IMG/VR virus record: IMGVR_UViG_3300022177_000058
Span: 1-33,464 of that record
Reading direction: 5' to 3' (one strand)
DNA from: a virus
Taxonomy: Duplodnaviria > Caudoviricetes
Length of the DNA stretch: 33,464 bases
The position numbers and the translations under genes were made by a program. Positions 32,331 to 33,464 of the stretch are shown here, in pieces. Below the pieces are notes generated by a model. The model saw nothing but the letters and a program-made list of their open reading frames with translations. It had not been told where the DNA came from and searched no databases. Position 1 is the stretch's first letter, and each line of letters begins with the position of its first letter.

Positions 32331-33464
32331 ATGAGTAATAAAAAAAGCTCATCGGCCCCCTTTAGGGAAACTTTTACCTTCGAAGGCAAAAGATATGACA
32401 TTAAAGCTCAAACAGAGAAGGAGCTAATTTTAAAGGTAGATGCTAAAAAAAGAGCACTTGAGCAAGGCAGCATCATATACAAGAAAGGGACCACCGTTAA
32501 GCGTTGGGCAGAAGAATGGCTGGAGACATATAAGCGTAATAGCGTGGAGGCTGCAACCTTCTATGCATACCAGAACCGCTTCAATGCTCACATCTACCCT
32601 GTCATTGGCCATCTGAAGCTCACAGATGTGAAGCCCATCCATTTGCAGAAAATAATTAACGGTTTATCTGGGTGTTCCAGAGATCACATTAAGAAGATGC
32701 ATTATACCTTGCAGCAGCTGTTCTCCGATGCATACCGGAACAAACTGATCTTAATAAACCCTGCCGAAAGTCTTATCATGCCGGCAGCTATTTCTAAAAC
32801 CCGGAGATCCATCACCGACGTGGAGCGTAAGTATATCCTTAAAGTCGCCGGAACTCATTCATCAGGCCTCTGGATTAAAACCATGCTTTATTGTGGGCTC
32901 CGGCCGGCAGAGACAGCGGCGCTCCAGGGCAGGCACATTGACCTCAAGAATGGTGTTATTAAAGTCGAAGGTTCCTTAAAGCGGCATGGCAATACCATCG
33001 GTAGTACAAAGACCGCTTCAGGTATAAGAAAAGTGCCTATGCCGGACATTCTCCTTCAGGAGTATAAGCAGCTAAAGCTTGAACCTTTCGATTATGTCTT
33101 TAAAAATGCTGATGGTGGCCACATGACTTCCGGAGGCATGCGTACCAGGTGGAGAAGCTTCGAGAGGGCCCTCAATATAGAAATGGGATGCAAAGTCATC
33201 AATAAGGAAGTGCAGCCCCCCTTCCGGGTCGCAGAGGACCTTGTGCCGTATTGCCTGAGGCATACCTATTGTACCGACCTGCAGAGCGCTGGCGTTCCGA
33301 TTAATGTTGCCAAGGAACTGATGGGCCACAAAGATATTAGTATTACAGCTAAAATTTATACACACCATTCGGAGATTGCTTTCGATAATGCCAGGGATCT
33401 GATCAATAAACTTAACAGCAAAACCTCTGCTGCAGATGATGAAAATGAATCTAAATCCAAATAG
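32331..33464 (+). CDS. int: Tyrosine integrase
   Basis: GLRPAE, KT, YCLRHT (Y in place of H in HxxR), MGH, KIYTH catalytic motifs; SAM-like middle domain. Confidence 0.95.
   Translation: MSNKKSSSAPFRETFTFEGKRYDIKAQTEKELILKVDAKKRALEQGSIIYKKGTTVKRWAEEWLETYKRNSVEAATFYAYQNRFNAHIYPVIGHLKLTDVKPIHLQKIINGLSGCSRDHIKKMHYTLQQLFSDAYRNKLILINPAESLIMPAAISKTRRSITDVERKYILKVAGTHSSGLWIKTMLYCGLRPAETAALQGRHIDLKNGVIKVEGSLKRHGNTIGSTKTASGIRKVPMPDILLQEYKQLKLEPFDYVFKNADGGHMTSGGMRTRWRSFERALNIEMGCKVINKEVQPPFRVAEDLVPYCLRHTYCTDLQSAGVPINVAKELMGHKDISITAKIYTHHSEIAFDNARDLINKLNSKTSAADDENESKSK

Larger units (their letters stand above)
869..33464. mobile_element. Temperate siphovirus-type prophage (HK97-like head, cos-type packaging); right boundary beyond window
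   Basis: Full modular order integrase-repressor-early-replication-late regulator-HNH-terminase-portal-protease-capsid-neck-tail-lysis with no obvious frameshifted core genes; left boundary approximate. Confidence 0.95.

Noticed and set aside
33247-33264. Integrase inactivation because HxxR reads YCLR
   Set aside because: This His position is known to vary among tyrosine recombinases; the other catalytic residues are present and the ORF is intact
1-33464. CRISPR array, rRNA or phage-encoded tRNA
   Set aside because: No regularly spaced direct repeats or complete RNA gene structures seen

Overview
Apart from a host bacterioferritin gene at the left edge (1-468, minus), the window is a compact (~32.6 kb), apparently intact temperate siphovirus-type prophage of a Firmicutes host, probably Clostridia with an S-layer since the endolysin has an SLH domain. 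From right to left it carries: tyrosine integrase; ImmA-like HExxH protease and repressor; a three-operator lysis/lysogeny switch; a long leftward early operon (Cro, Xis-like, SLT transglycosylase, PcfK/AcrIIA9-like and PcfJ-like pair, DUF3102-like, Lar-like, MazG-like, PC4/YdbC-like, HUH rolling-circle Rep); ArpU-like late activator; HNH-terS-terL-portal-protease-capsid (HK97/cos type); neck and tail genes with a -1 frameshift chaperone and short tape measure; lysis cassette; an AT-rich membrane-protein moron; and a disrupted tRNA-3'-end remnant that probably marks the left att site. The most unusual signals are: (i) a 332-bp cassette bounded by 32-bp inverted repeats that encloses an antisense HTH gene directly upstream of the anti-CRISPR-like gene and looks like an RNA switch; (ii) a duplicated late-promoter/hairpin module bracketing an autonomous two-gene moron; (iii) HUH-Rep replication in a cos-type siphophage; (iv) likely ATA/ATT start codons; (v) unannotated micro-ORFs, including a 28-aa transmembrane peptide in the lysis cassette. 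All family calls come from motif recognition by eye; no database searches or folding programs were run.
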